Positions 50,901-62,979 of a stretch of 64,000 nucleotides of DNA are shown here, one piece after another (the first letter of the stretch is position 1; every line of letters begins with the position of its first letter). The notes beneath the pieces are model-generated. The model had not been told where the DNA came from. It was given only the letters and a program-made list of their open reading frames with translations, and did no database searches. A program made the translations under genes and the position numbers. The stretch spans positions 39,308,001 through 39,372,000 of the forward strand of contig OY740795.1 in the NCBI GenBank assembly GCA_963514005.1, read 5' to 3'. The stretch comes from Raja brachyura (Eukaryota).

Positions 50901-51184
50901 GAACCCTATCTTAAAATTATATCTGATTGTCCAATGAGGAAAAGATCTGGCATCCTTGCATGGTCTGGCTTGTTAGGCTAATAAGTTCCCCCCACTTTCT
51001 CTTATATCTAAGATATTGCCATCCTTAGCATAATGGCCAAATATGAAGATATATGAAGGATTGTGATGTGATAACCATCCCCTTTCCCTTTCTCCTCTGT
51101 ATATAGAACTTTATCTCAAGATTTAGAGATAACACAGTTTAGGAAGTGTGAAGATGGCAAGCAAAGCTGCGAGAGGTAGCGGGA

Positions 51185-51495
51185 AAGGGTGGCAAAGTGG
51201 CGCAGGTGCTGCCGCTGCCTCACGGCTCCAGAGACCCGGGTACAATCCTGGCCTCGTGTGCTGTCTGTGTGGAGTTTGCACTTGTTGTCCCTGTGACTGT
51301 GTGGGTTTCCTCCAGGTGCTCTGGTTTCCTCACACATACCAAAGGTGTGCAATAATTGGCCTCTGTAAATTTCCCCTCATGTGCAAGGAGTGGATCCAAA
51401 AGTGGGATAACTAGAACTAGTGTAAATGGGAGATCGCTGATCAGCGTGAACTCAGTGGGTCGAAGGACCTATTTCCATGCTGTACCTCTAAACTG
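51185..51495 (+). mobile_element. HE1/V-type SINE, near full length
   Basis: tRNA head (gtggcgcag...gggtacaatcc), V core gtctgtgtggagtttgcac...gtgggtttcctccaggtgctctggtttcctc, and a CR1-like tail. Confidence 0.85.
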
Positions 51496-52911
51496 TATGA
51501 AATGAAATTGGAGTGCAGGGCTAATAGTTGGTATATATTTGCTCATTCATCTCCAGCGGAAACAGCAATCAGATGGTGAATGGGCAAATGTGCAAGGAAC
51601 AGATTTAGTAAGTACATGGTCTACAAGGTATCAGCATGTTCTCCTTGCAAGCAGTAATGCTAAGAGGCATCAGCCCTGATTGCAGAGGAACCTAAAATGA
51701 GAGTCAGTCATACTGTTTTTTGGGAGGCAGCGCAAGCGGGTGCAAACCCATTAGCCTCCTTCCCATCAGATTCTACTGAGGTTCTAAGTATGAAAATGGA
51801 TTCCACCACCTCCAGCCCAACCTTAAATGTTCAATCATATCTATCAATTTTACAATATGTTCAATGTTTAGCCATTCATTCTTTTGCATTGATAACTGTT
51901 GCCATGGTTGCCCCAGTAACCACTGTCAACGGGCAGGCTCTTTGATTCAATAATTTGCATTGGATTGCCCCCGTGTTTACACAAGGTAAAGTGACTCCAC
52001 CTGTTCCCACACGTATTTATACAAAAAAATAAAAATAAAAAGGTTGGAATTCAACAAGGCATTCCCATGTGGGAATGATAAAAACATGCCATTCCAGGGA
52101 AATCTGTGTTCTATCTTCTCGGCAATGTGTTGGCATTTGCTGTGTGCAAGCAAACAACACATTTCAGAAGCTGAGTATTGTCAGCATGTGTAAAAGGCAT
52201 TTGATTTGGGGGAAAAAATGTCTTGGCACAAACCTTAAAATTAATTTCTAATTTTCAGGCCGGATGAACTTTGTTAAAAACATAGAGACATGATAGTTAA
52301 AAATTAAGCAAGCCATAAAAACAAAACCAAAAGCAGACTATATTTCTCATACCAATACACTTGTCACTATGGAAAGTTAGTTATTACCATTGCTTTCGGC
52401 AAGTAACTCGCACTGGTTCCTCACTTATAGGTTAGCAGAAGTATAGGTTGGCAGAAGCTTGTCAATTTTCCTGTAAGGAATGCTTTAATGAGGAGCAGCA
52501 GGGTAACTTATAAATGGAAGGGAATGTGAACTGATTAATATTTACACTGATGAAAAGAAACCTAGTGAATAAAGAGGTGTGAGAAACTCTTGGCCACCTT
52601 CAGTGATTGCAGTTGGTAAAATAATAGTATAAAATGCACAGATGGAGAGAAAGTCTGCAATACTGTACATTTTTTTGTATATACCTCAATTTTTAGTGGC
52701 TTTTTCTCAAAGCCATGCATCATTCGGAAGTCAAGAGGGTGACAAAGTTATCTCTCCTTGTTATCGCTGCCTCAAAGACCACATGGGACGTGGTGCAAGT
52801 ACATATTCTACCAATGGCGAGTCAAAATATAAGACTGCTATAGACCATCAACTTTATTCCTCATATCAAAATAAGTCACTTGCAGTACCTTCATTGTTAA
52901 ATGGTCTAATT

Positions 52912-53414
52912 AGAGGAAGGACATTCTTGCTATTGAGGGAGTGCAGCATAGGCTCACCAGGTTAATTCCCAGGATGGTGGGAATGACATGGTGAAAGAAT
53001 GGGTCGATTGGGCTTGTATTCACTGGAATTTAGTAGGATGAGAGGGGATCTTATACAAAAATTGTAAAATTCTTAACAGATTGGACAAGCTTGATGCAGG
53101 AAACATGTTTCCGATGTTGGGGGAGTCCAGAACCTGGGGTCACAGTTTTAGAATAAGGGGTAGGCCATTTAGGACTGAGATGAGGAAATACTTTTTCACC
53201 CAGAGAATTGTGAATCCGTGAAATTCTCTGCCACAAAAGGTAGTGGAGGCTAATTCTCTGGATATTTTCAAGAGAGTTAGATTTAGCTCTTAGGGCTAAA
53301 GGAATCAAGGGATATGGGGAAAAAGCAGGATAATGGTACTGATTTGGGATGATCAGCGGTGCTGGCTCGAAGGACCAAATGGCCAATCCTGCACCTATTT
53401 TCTATGTTTCTATG
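52912..53414 (+). mobile_element. CR1 LINE 3' fragment
   Basis: gaggaaggacattcttgctattgagggagtgcag... ending in a (tttctatg)n tail. Confidence 0.9.
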
Positions 53415-54365
53415 AATTGTATAGTAAATGACAGGACACCATGGAATGTTATAGAACAGAGAGATATAGGGTTACAAGGACATAGTTTCCTGAAGTTGGC
53501 AATGTAGCTGGACAAGGTAGTAAAGGCAGCACTTGGCCTACTTGTCTTCATCGGACAGAGCATTGAGTACAAGAATCGGGACATCATGTCAGAGCTGTAC
53601 AAGATGTTGGAGAGACTGTACTTGAAACACCATGCGCAGACCTGGGCACCATACTGTAAGGAAGGATGCGATTAAGCTAGAGAGGCTGAAGAAAATGTTC
53701 CCAAAGATGTTGCGGGGATTAGCTGGCTTGAGTTATATGGCGAGACTGGATATGCAACGACTGGTTTTCCTAGAGTGATGGTTAAGCAATGATTTATAAA
53801 ATCATGAGGAGTTTAGTTAAGGGGGATGGTCATGGTTTTTTTCCCAGGATAGGGGAGTCTAAAACTAGGGGACATAGGTTTAGGGTGAGAGGGGAAAGAT
53901 TTAATGGGGACCCAAGAGGCAAGTTTTTCCCACACACAGGGTGGTGGGTATATGGAATGAGCTGCCGGAAGAAGTAGCAGAGTGAGACACAATTGGAACA
54001 GTTAAGAGGCATTTAGATCGGGACACAAATAGGAAGGACATAAGGGCCTGTCCCACTTGGCGATTTTCTTGGCGACTGCTGGCATCATTGACTGACATAT
54101 CAGGTCACCGAAAAAGTTGCGGCGTGACGCACGGTGTTTCCTCAGGTGTAGCAACATTTTTTTGTCGCCACTGGATTTTGAAATGCTCAAAATCTATTGG
54201 CGACCCTGATGTGACGCCGGCAGTCGCCGAAAAAAATCGGCAAGTGGGACAGGCCCATCAGATCAATATTGGCTAAATGCAAGCAAATGGGATTATCTCA
54301 TGAAAGGCACCTTGGTCGGCATGGACAAGTTGGGCCAAAGGGCATGTTTCTCTACTCTGTAACAC
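53415..54365 (+). mobile_element. Older CR1 3' fragment containing a MITE
   Basis: IYKIMRSL..DGHGFFPRIGESKTRGHRFRVRGERF; 3' UTR ends gggccaaagggcatgtttc. Confidence 0.8.
54044..54256. mobile_element. MITE with long inverted termini (PIF/Harbinger-like)
   Basis: gggcctgtcccacttggcgattttcttggcgactgctggcatca ... tgacgccggcagtcgccgaaaaaaatcggcaagtgggacaggccc; preceded by TAA. Confidence 0.8.
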
Positions 54366-55499
54366 TGACTCATTGGAAACAACACGCATGATATATTAAA
54401 TGGAATTAAAAAATACTTCAGCAGTTTAAACTTATTAAACTTCAATAAGCTCAAAGGGTTTTTGCTTTATCCCAGGCAGTGCATATATTAGGCAGATATG
54501 TCTGGGCATGATCAGTATTTTACATATTTACAGTCCACTGGCCAAGGCAATGCTGCATGCACACACACACTATCAGGAGAATCAGTTCAGTTCATGCCTG
54601 AAGCAATCCCATGGCTCTTGAACTATTTAGGATGGAAATTCCTCTACCCATTCAATTAACGGTTTCAATGGCTACACCCTTTGTCCCTTTCAGCAGAGTG
54701 CTGACTCAATATACCTCTTGAAACTGGATTCAATGTAATGTCCTCCCTTTTCACTTTTATACCTGGACCACAAATACAGTATTTAATAGCATTGGCCTCT
54801 GGTTTTATGGAGAGCTCAGTACAAGCACGTGCACACAATCAGCTCGCTGCATTTACAAGTATCAGATTCAAGTATCGTTTTATTTTCAAAATTGTAAGGT
54901 CGTGCATTAATCAAGACATAATGGAATTGGGATTAGAATGGGGGAGGAGGGGTTGACAGAGACTGGAACCCAGACTCATATAAAAGTAAATTGCCACATC
55001 CTGTGCTCCCTGTAGGGCATTTCATCTGAAGGAAGCATGTCAGTGCAACTGCTGTAACAGTGCAGCTCTGATAATGATCCACATTCCCTTCAAACACAGT
55101 TCATTGTTGGGGGTGCAAGATCCGTGAAGTTATTCTATAGTTTAAAAGGCCTCTTTTCCCACTGTTAGGGGTTGCCAAAACTATGTATTCCACACAAAGA
55201 ATGTGCTCCTCAAAGTATCCGTAATATTATTGCATGTTGTATATTCTCTGATCTAAATGGTTTAAAGGGTTTAATTTATTCGATTCAGAACTAGAATTCC
55301 TAGTGCCCAGAAAATCTTCCATGACTAACAAACATGGAAAACAGCACAATCTCCAGAAAAAATATATTCTGTGCTGTATTAAGACAATGAAATTATCCTC
55401 CTTCATATTTATTCTTTGAAGCTGATCCCACTTTAATAATAAATGAGGGAAGTTAATATTTGAGACAAATAGGTACTGGTAAATCATTTCAACACTTAC

Positions 55500-55554
55500 C
55501 CATAATTCCACACGAGAGGAGAGTGGGCCCTTTACTCATCTTCTTTGGACGGTG
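55500..55554 (-). CDS. FAM53B: FAM53B 55-nt coding exon (HRPKKMSKGPTLLSCGIM + G)
   Basis: tttcag|CAC CGT CCA AAG AAG ATG...ATT ATG G|gtaagt. Matches recalled human HTPKKMSQGPTLFSCGIM. Phase 0 to phase 1 links the flanking exons. Confidence 0.95.
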
Positions 55555-57174
55555 CTGAAATTATTAAAATTAGCAGTTAAAATGAGAACAGAAAATCTCC
55601 GAGGTCAAGAGTGGGCTAATATAAAAACGCCATTATCGGTTGCTGACTAACAAAAAAAAGCATGCATCAAAAATAAAAATAGAGAGGTCATGAAGTTAGC
55701 CAATCATATCCCAAGGGGAAAAAATGCAATTGGCAAAAGTGCTGATGCAGCGAGACATTTTACAACGAGTAAAGTTACCCAATCACAACAAAAGAATTGT
55801 GTCATGTGACCACGCGATATTATGACACCACTAACTGACTAATTTTGAATAACACCCATGTAGAAACTTAAATGATTACGACTTTTACCACTTGGCCTGT
55901 GTGAAAAATCTACTAGTAAGTACAGGCCTTCAACTTGAATTCTAAACGATTGTGAAGAATTTGCACTTTTTTCCCCCTTTAATAATTGTCGGAAATGTCA
56001 ATTGATGTGAAAATATTGCAATTTTTCTGCTAGCTTTTTTATGCATGGGCACGGTTCACTTCAATTTCAAATATGATCCTTTTCTGATGAAATTATATCA
56101 CTGGAGATAAATGAAAACCCAACCTGAAGCCGTCTAGTTTAAAATAAGAATGTCAGAGACAAATTGACTTCATAAATTCATGTTCTTATTGAATCGAAGA
56201 GTGGTAAAACTGCTTCCAGCTTCCAGGTTTCGAGTTTAAATCAACAGCTGGAATTCATAGACTTTTGCAAACTCCTTGCTTGATATGACTTGGGAATTAA
56301 AACCGACACTTCTGTACTCCAGAGATTAAATTAGCAAAGCAGCAAACTAGAACTCTGTATCTACATCTGATCACATTCACAGCTTTCCTGCTTGGACTTC
56401 CTTCTCCTACATAAGTGCTCTCCATTGTTCATAATCTAGGATGAACTTAATTTTTTTTAAACTGAGAATCAATTGCCTTTGTTTATGGACACAGGATCCT
56501 GAAGATACTTTAGTTAGCAGTCTGTTCACGATTTTGGTCAGAAGATGGACTTCTCTATCCTGCGGCAACATGAATCAAGAAATGAATTGCATTCTACCAT
56601 TTTAAAAGGCAATCTGCACCATGCAACACCTGTAGTAGTCACTTGTACTGTGGAAGTTCCTCTGACTACCTTCCCAAAACTGTAAGTAGCCTGGCCAGAA
56701 GAAGTACTTAACATATTCCAAAAGACAGTGAATTATGGCCAGACATGGATTACATTTCCCTTCCCATTTTCTGGTTGGTTTTTTTTCTGCTCATCTTCTG
56801 CATGGCTATGTTGTGAGCTACACATCAGCCTGCCTTCATCCATTCGTCATGGTTGTCATCAGGATACTGGCCTTGGCATGCCACATTGGAGCACTGATCA
56901 GTCTTCACTTGCCCACCACATAGGTTCACTGACCGCAGGCCATTTTGAGTGGTGATCTGGAGCAGGAACTGCAAGTGATTTTTTTCCCCCCTCAACAATC
57001 TCAGTGGCAATTTCCGGTGTCCTCACTGTCACTATTGTTGGGAACAACCAAATGAACACAAGCTGGTGACCAAATCTGAACTTGGCTGCTCTCTAATTTA
57101 ACAAAATGACCTGATACGAGTGTAAACTTGCAAATGTTAATTATTTTTAAGAAGTGCATACTCTATACTCGTAT

Positions 57175-57318
57175 TTGGGGTGGAAGATTGCAACCTTCAC
57201 GTGGTCCGCCCTGTGTCGACGAATGCAATCAACCCGGCGTGCACAATCAAATAAGATCAAATAGAACAAGTTGTCCTACAACTTTAGTCTGTGCACGCCA
57301 TACGCAAGAAGAAGAGAA
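57175..57318 (+). mobile_element. Short retroposon ending in a (GAA)n tail (Ingi/Vingi- or RTE-like 3' end)
   Basis: CpG-rich 140-bp insert ending cgccatacgcaagaagaagag; family assignment tentative. Confidence 0.45.
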
Positions 57319-60312
57319 GCATTTGAGAAGCTTTCCTTCAGAATTATTTCATGGTTTGGCCACAACTGTGAAGAGATGGGTCTGTAACAGCCTCTGCCAT
57401 TTTACACAACTGTCTCTCTCCATTCCAGAAGAGACTTTCAACCATTTTAGGAAACCCCTCAAACAAAAGATTAAGTGCTAATTTCATGTATTAATTACCC
57501 TCAACCAGATATAGCAAGAACGAGAATGATATTTTGACACTATCTCAGAAAAGAATAAACCGCTGTTTCAACATAATCCACTGATGCTATAAAGGAACAG
57601 CACCACCAGTTCTCTGTTACAGGCATCAAACTCTTCAGTATTGAAGCAATAAAGGCTGGCTTCACCTTACTACAGCAACCCAGAAGAAATATGTAACAAA
57701 GGCAAATTTCTCACAATGTTGAATCCAACAGGAATCCAATTGGAAACAAATTCTCAATTGGGGAAAAAAAAGAATCCCCTAAATTATAACGTCCTACTAT
57801 TATCCAACTAATAGCTAAATGCTAATCTGAACTAATTTTAACAAATAATATAATTTCAGTGGAAGCATTTTGTGGAAAGGGCCTCCACAAGAAAACTAGT
57901 ACTTGAAACAGATCATGTATTCCACATGTGATGGTTAAATTAATACAAAATGGGGTGCTGTCACATTCTCAACTATGACAAGAAGCCAGGATGCTAGATC
58001 CTAATAAACTTCTAGAAATACTATGGTCTACAAAACCGTTGTGGGGTGATTCTATACAACAAATGGATTACAAACTGGCTTGAAATTATCTTCAGAATCC
58101 CAGAGAAGAGGAATTTTACATGTCTCTCATGTGCTTCCTTCTGGGGTTGGCAAGGGTTTTTTTTCCCCACCAACTGCAAAACTCCCCTAATTACACTTTA
58201 CTTGAGTAGTGTAAAACTTCATGTATGGTAACATTTTCATCCCTAGGCTGTAAACGAGTAGCTCCTAGTTACTCAGCACACTCCTCTATTTCCTGTAAAT
58301 CCACATTATTTAATTATTTGCCTCCCTTGGATCTTTGACCTCTTAGTACCTCAATTACATCCCCATATGTGTATTTAATGCTTTACCATGAAGGTAGAGG
58401 TCACAACCTACCCTCAGGTTCATTCCTGAATACCAGTGTTGATTCCTGCCATGTATCATTTCCTGGTCATGGCTGCGGTTAAGGAAGTCATTGACATCCA
58501 TAGTCGACGAAAAGCAAGTTCATATACTTTTACTTCAAGCCAAGGCATATGCCTGCTTTAATGGACAGGCATTTATAAATTGCGCTCATGTCCTTTCAGA
58601 TATCTTCCTACCTAATTTCTGCTAGAAGCCTCTGGCTGTGGCCCTACATGATTTGTAGAAAAATCATGCCCCCCCCCCCCACCCCAAAGGCAATATTCGT
58701 AACCAGTCTGTCAAAGACTGAACATTTGTGACCTCCCCGACCATAGCACCCCATCATTGCAACACTCCTGTGTACTTGAAAGATTGTTACATGTACCGTG
58801 GCATGCTCCTTCTATAGCTAGCTGCAAAGATCATATTTACTGGGATACATGCTGGCATGTGCAAGAACCCGAGACATAGCATTGCCCACATAAACACAAC
58901 AATGCTGTTCAGTGAACCTCGTAGCTCCAGTCTTCATTTAACTTTCATAAACAGTGTCAGGATGACCTGCAATGCTGCCTTCCTGTCAAAACCTGGAGCA
59001 ATACTTTCAACAGAGAACTCGTGAAAACTGGAGTGATTTCTTGGGCAATGTTGTTTGGATGGTAAGATTTCAAAGTATAGAAATTCCAAATCAAAAAGTA
59101 AAGCAAATAGCATTCATGCTGCAGTTCTTTGCCACTCTAATTGAAGTAGGTGGTTTAATGCTTCAGTTTGCATTCCAAACAAAGAAATGTTACTAAAGTG
59201 AGTTTAGGTTTTGATCTGCTCATGTTGTTAAAACATTAATGTATGTCCCTTCAATAAAACTAACAAGACTTTCCAACTCATTCAGTTTGTTCTACCAATC
59301 AAGTCTAAGTTCCATTTCAAAAAACAGGGAAAATCTTTACTCTTCAACATCAAGGTACGAGAGGTTTGCAGACAAGAAATGCTTACTGGAAACTTGGATG
59401 TGAGCAGCTGGCGATTTAATGAATGGAAAAATCATAACAACTTGTGCCCAAACTTGTGATAAATACTTCTGCCTTGTCAAGCTCTTATGCCCAGGCACTG
59501 AAAAGGAAAATCTGCTCTTGAAATGACCATCAAATGGATTTTCCACGCTGCTACATTCATGCTCATAAACGCTGCACCTGTCTGAGTTAGGCATGGACAA
59601 GTCTGTCAAAAACATTCATTCATCTTCACAAATAAACCTCATGGAAAAAAAAATGGAATATTACAATCCAGGATACCTCCTCTCAGGAGAGTGATGCCAA
59701 ATATGGGGAGCAAAGGACAATAACCTCTTAAGCACCCAACACTAAACTATTGTCTTTATACATAGGTTTGATAACTTACTTCTAATTGCAAAGGTTAGAG
59801 TTTATTTCATTGGTTAATTTGAAAGAGGATACACCCCCCCCCCCAGAAAGCCTTTATGAATCATTGCTTAAATATTTGGTTGTGTTTCGCCATGTACTAT
59901 AAGGTACCCATGTGCGGAAATTAATATTAACTAACTTTCCTCAACTATTGTATATTATTTCAGCAGCTGCTCCAATTACCAGGCTAACAGCTGCAATTAA
60001 TGTGTGACTGCTGTACTGGGCTTGCAAATTATGTAGGTCTCTAAATATCATTTAGGATCAAATAAAAGGCTGCATTCATCACAATGAAATCAAAATAAAT
60101 TACCCAGGCAAAACTAGTGGAAATTAAATTTACATATTAATGGCAGCACGGCAGGTTCAAAAGTACAATTTCTGAAAGTTTATGGAAGGTGCACTTAAGG
60201 CTCTGAAGCTGTATAACACAAAGGTACATGTGGAAGTTATCTTTCAAACCGTTTATATTTTAAACTTAAATGTTTTTTTAATTTCACATGCTTAGCTTAA
60301 TTAATAGCTTAC

Positions 60313-60390
60313 CAGTTCTCTGTTGAAAATGTGATGTATACCATAATCCAAGTCCTCGTTTCCCAGACCTTGCATTAACAGAGTCACCAT
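60313..60390 (-). CDS. FAM53B: FAM53B first coding exon, CDS part (MVTLLMQGLGNEDLDYGIHHIFNREL)
   Basis: ATG at 60390 in strong Kozak context (gttaccATGG). 78 nt ending ...AGA GAA CTG|gtaagc donor, phase 0. Same length as and similar ends to the recalled human first coding exon (MVMVL...FSREL). Confidence 0.9.
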
Positions 60391-60515
60391 GGTAACATAG
60401 TCACTTCTCTGGGTCCATTACACTGAGGGCAGTAGACGGTATTTGCCATTCTAGGACACATCTTCTTCAAAAGAGAGTGAGATCTAGCTGGGTACTACGG
60501 CAGGGCTCTTCATAA
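60391..60515 (-). other. FAM53B: Predicted 5' UTR part of the first coding FAM53B exon
   Basis: Pyrimidine tract and acceptor on the minus strand: ctgtctctctttttctcctccatggtattgaacag|ttatg, exon start at 60515. The acceptor is predicted only. Confidence 0.6.
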
Positions 60516-60654
60516 CTGTTCAATACCATGGAGGAGAAAAAGAGAGACAGGTAAGTTTCAATAGAGCCAAGACTAAATACTTACTGTCTCCTTTCTCATT
60601 TTTGTGCTGTGCACCTTTTACTAGGCAAGATGATTTGACAATTGATGAGTCCAG

Positions 60655-61195
60655 AGATCAAGTTCAAGTGAGTTTATTGTCATGTGTCCCTGATAGGACA
60701 ATGAAATTCTTGCTTTGCTTCAGCACAACAGAACATAGTAGGCATGACTACAAAACAGATCAGTGTGTGCATATACCATTATATAAATATATATGCACAC
60801 ATGAATAAATAAACTGATAAAGTGCAAATAACAGATAATGGGTTATTAACATTCAGAGTTTTGTCCGAGCCAGGTTTAGTAGCATGATGGCTGGTCGTTG
60901 CAGTCTTCAGGCTCCTGTACTTTCTACCTGAAGGTAGCGGGGAGATGAGTGTGTGGCCAGGATGGTGTGGGTCTTTGATGATACTGCCAGCCTTTTTGTG
61001 GCACAACTGCGGTAAATCCCCTCGATGGAAGGAAGGTCAGAGCCGATGATGGACTGGGCAGTGCTTACTACTTTTTGTAGTCTTTTCTTCTCCAGGGCGC
61101 TCAAGTTGCCAAACCAAGCCACGATACAACTGGTCAGCAAGCTCTCTACTGTGCACCTGTAGATGTTAGAGAGAGTCCTCCTTGACAAACTGACT
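60655..61195 (-). mobile_element. Rex1/Babar LINE 3' fragment
   Basis: LSNIYRCTVESLLTSCIVAWFGN...KKAGSIIKDPHHPGHTLISPLPSGRKYRS, the Rex-Babar ORF C-terminus, plus 3' UTR. Confidence 0.88.
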
Positions 61196-61339
61196 CAGGT
61201 CTCTTATTAAAAATAACTTAGACTGGCATCCTCTTAAAACTCCATTTTGTCTCTGTGCAATGGTCATCTGCCTTCTTGACCTTAATGCCACGATTGAGAA
61301 AAGGAATCAATATATGTAGAATATCACAAACACAAACCT

Positions 61340-61423
61340 AGGTAGACACAATATGCTGGAGCAACTCAGCATCTCTGGGGAAAAGAAATGGGTGACATTA
61401 TGGGTCGAGACCCTCCTTCAGAC
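61340..61423 (-). mobile_element. Penelope-like pseudo-LTR fragment
   Basis: ggtagacacaatatgctggagcaactcagc...gggtcgagaccctccttcag. Confidence 0.7.
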
Positions 61424-61761
61424 ACAGGCGGCATGGGTTATTAATGGTCTCTTGGAAAAAAAATGAAGGCCAGGAGTTAACGAGAACTGAGTACAAATAT
61501 TAAGATAAATGAATTTGTCATGGATTCCAATCAGGGTTTTCATAGAAATGCTCATTTATTTATGGATGAAAAGGATAAAGTTCACATGATCTTCCACTTA
61601 AAAACAGTGCATTGTATCCATCTTTTCTCCACATAAATTAGCACAACATCCATAAATTGGACGTACCATAATGTGACATTTGCAACAGAGATATGATTTT
61701 GTTTTAAAGGCTCATGGTATTTTCAGGGATCAGATCTTTTCAACAATAAAAATGTTCAGGG

Positions 61762-61970
61762 TTACACAAAAAGCTGGAGAAACTCAGCGGGTGCTCAGCA
61801 GCAGCATCAGAAACTCAGCAGCATCTAAGGAGCGAAGGAGGCGACGTTTTGGGTCGAGACCCTTCTTCAGATTGGTCAGGGATCAGGGAAATGAGGGATA
61901 TAGACGGTGATGTGGATAGATAAAGAACAATGAATGAAAGATATGCAAAAAAGTATCGATGATAAAAGAA
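61762..61970 (-). mobile_element. Penelope-like pseudo-LTR fragment with local rearrangement
   Basis: gctggagaaactcagcgggtg...gacgttttgggtcgagacccttcttcag; gaaactcagc is duplicated. Confidence 0.7.
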
Positions 61971-62404
61971 ACTTCAGTTGTTTTGATCCCCGATTAGGGA
62001 TGATGATTAGTTCAAACGCTCTCTCATTGTTAAAAGAGAAGATAATTTAGAGCTTTATTCAATTGATATTGCTGTTCTGTAATGCCACATTGAAAATGGC
62101 CTCAGAAGAATAAAACTATTTATTCAGACACTGGATGAGTCACATTGATAGACTTTACAACCACTATCATATTCAAACTTACTAAGCTGATGCCAAATGA
62201 CTCACTGGTTAAGGCAGTATGTATCAAAACTCACACTAGCTGAACTTTTCATAGTAGGAAACTTGTGATGAAGTATGACTTGCTTTCACTCGATTTCTGT
62301 GCCACACGGTGGCTGAACAAACTTTGGGGGCACAGTGATTGGGGGACATTGATTCCATTGTTTGCTTTAGGTCTCTGTTTGCTCTTGAAGAGACTCAAGG
62401 TGCT

Positions 62405-62640
62405 TAGTTTAGCTTATTGTCATGTGTAACGAGGTACAGTGAAAAGCTTTTGTGTTGCATGCTATCCAGAAAGCGGAGAGACTACACATGATCACAATCA
62501 TGCCATCCACAGCGTACAGTAGCAGCATAAGAGAATAGCATGTAGTGCAAGATAAAGTCCAGTAAAATATGATGAAAGATTTTCTGTTGGAGTGGAGTGG
62601 TTTTCTGTAGAATGGAGTGATTGTATTGAATGATTGCAGA
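62405..62640 (-). mobile_element. Rex-Babar-type 3' UTR fragment
   Basis: ttattgtcatgtgtaacgaggtacagtgaaaagc is the reverse complement of the tail seen elsewhere in the window. Confidence 0.6.
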
Positions 62641-62979
62641 TCCACTTCTGGCACCAGAATGCAGAGAATCACCTGGCTTCACCGTCATCTTTGATAAAGT
62701 TCCCAGATGTCCTTTCCTTATTTTGAACAGTCACAGACCATGTGACATTTTGCAAAGGAGACTTTCAAAAGATCCTTTAAGCATTGTTTTTTGTCCTGTT
62801 GGAAATTTCTTGCTGTGGTACAGTTTGGAGAAGAATGCTTGTTTCTGAGCTCCAAGATGAGGCATGTGATCAGGGACTTAGTGCTAAGGATCTTGAACAT
62901 CTATCAGAGAGAATCCTCTTGGACATAGCCAGATGCATAAGGAAGTAAATACACTGATGTGCTTTTGCAACAGTGTGAA

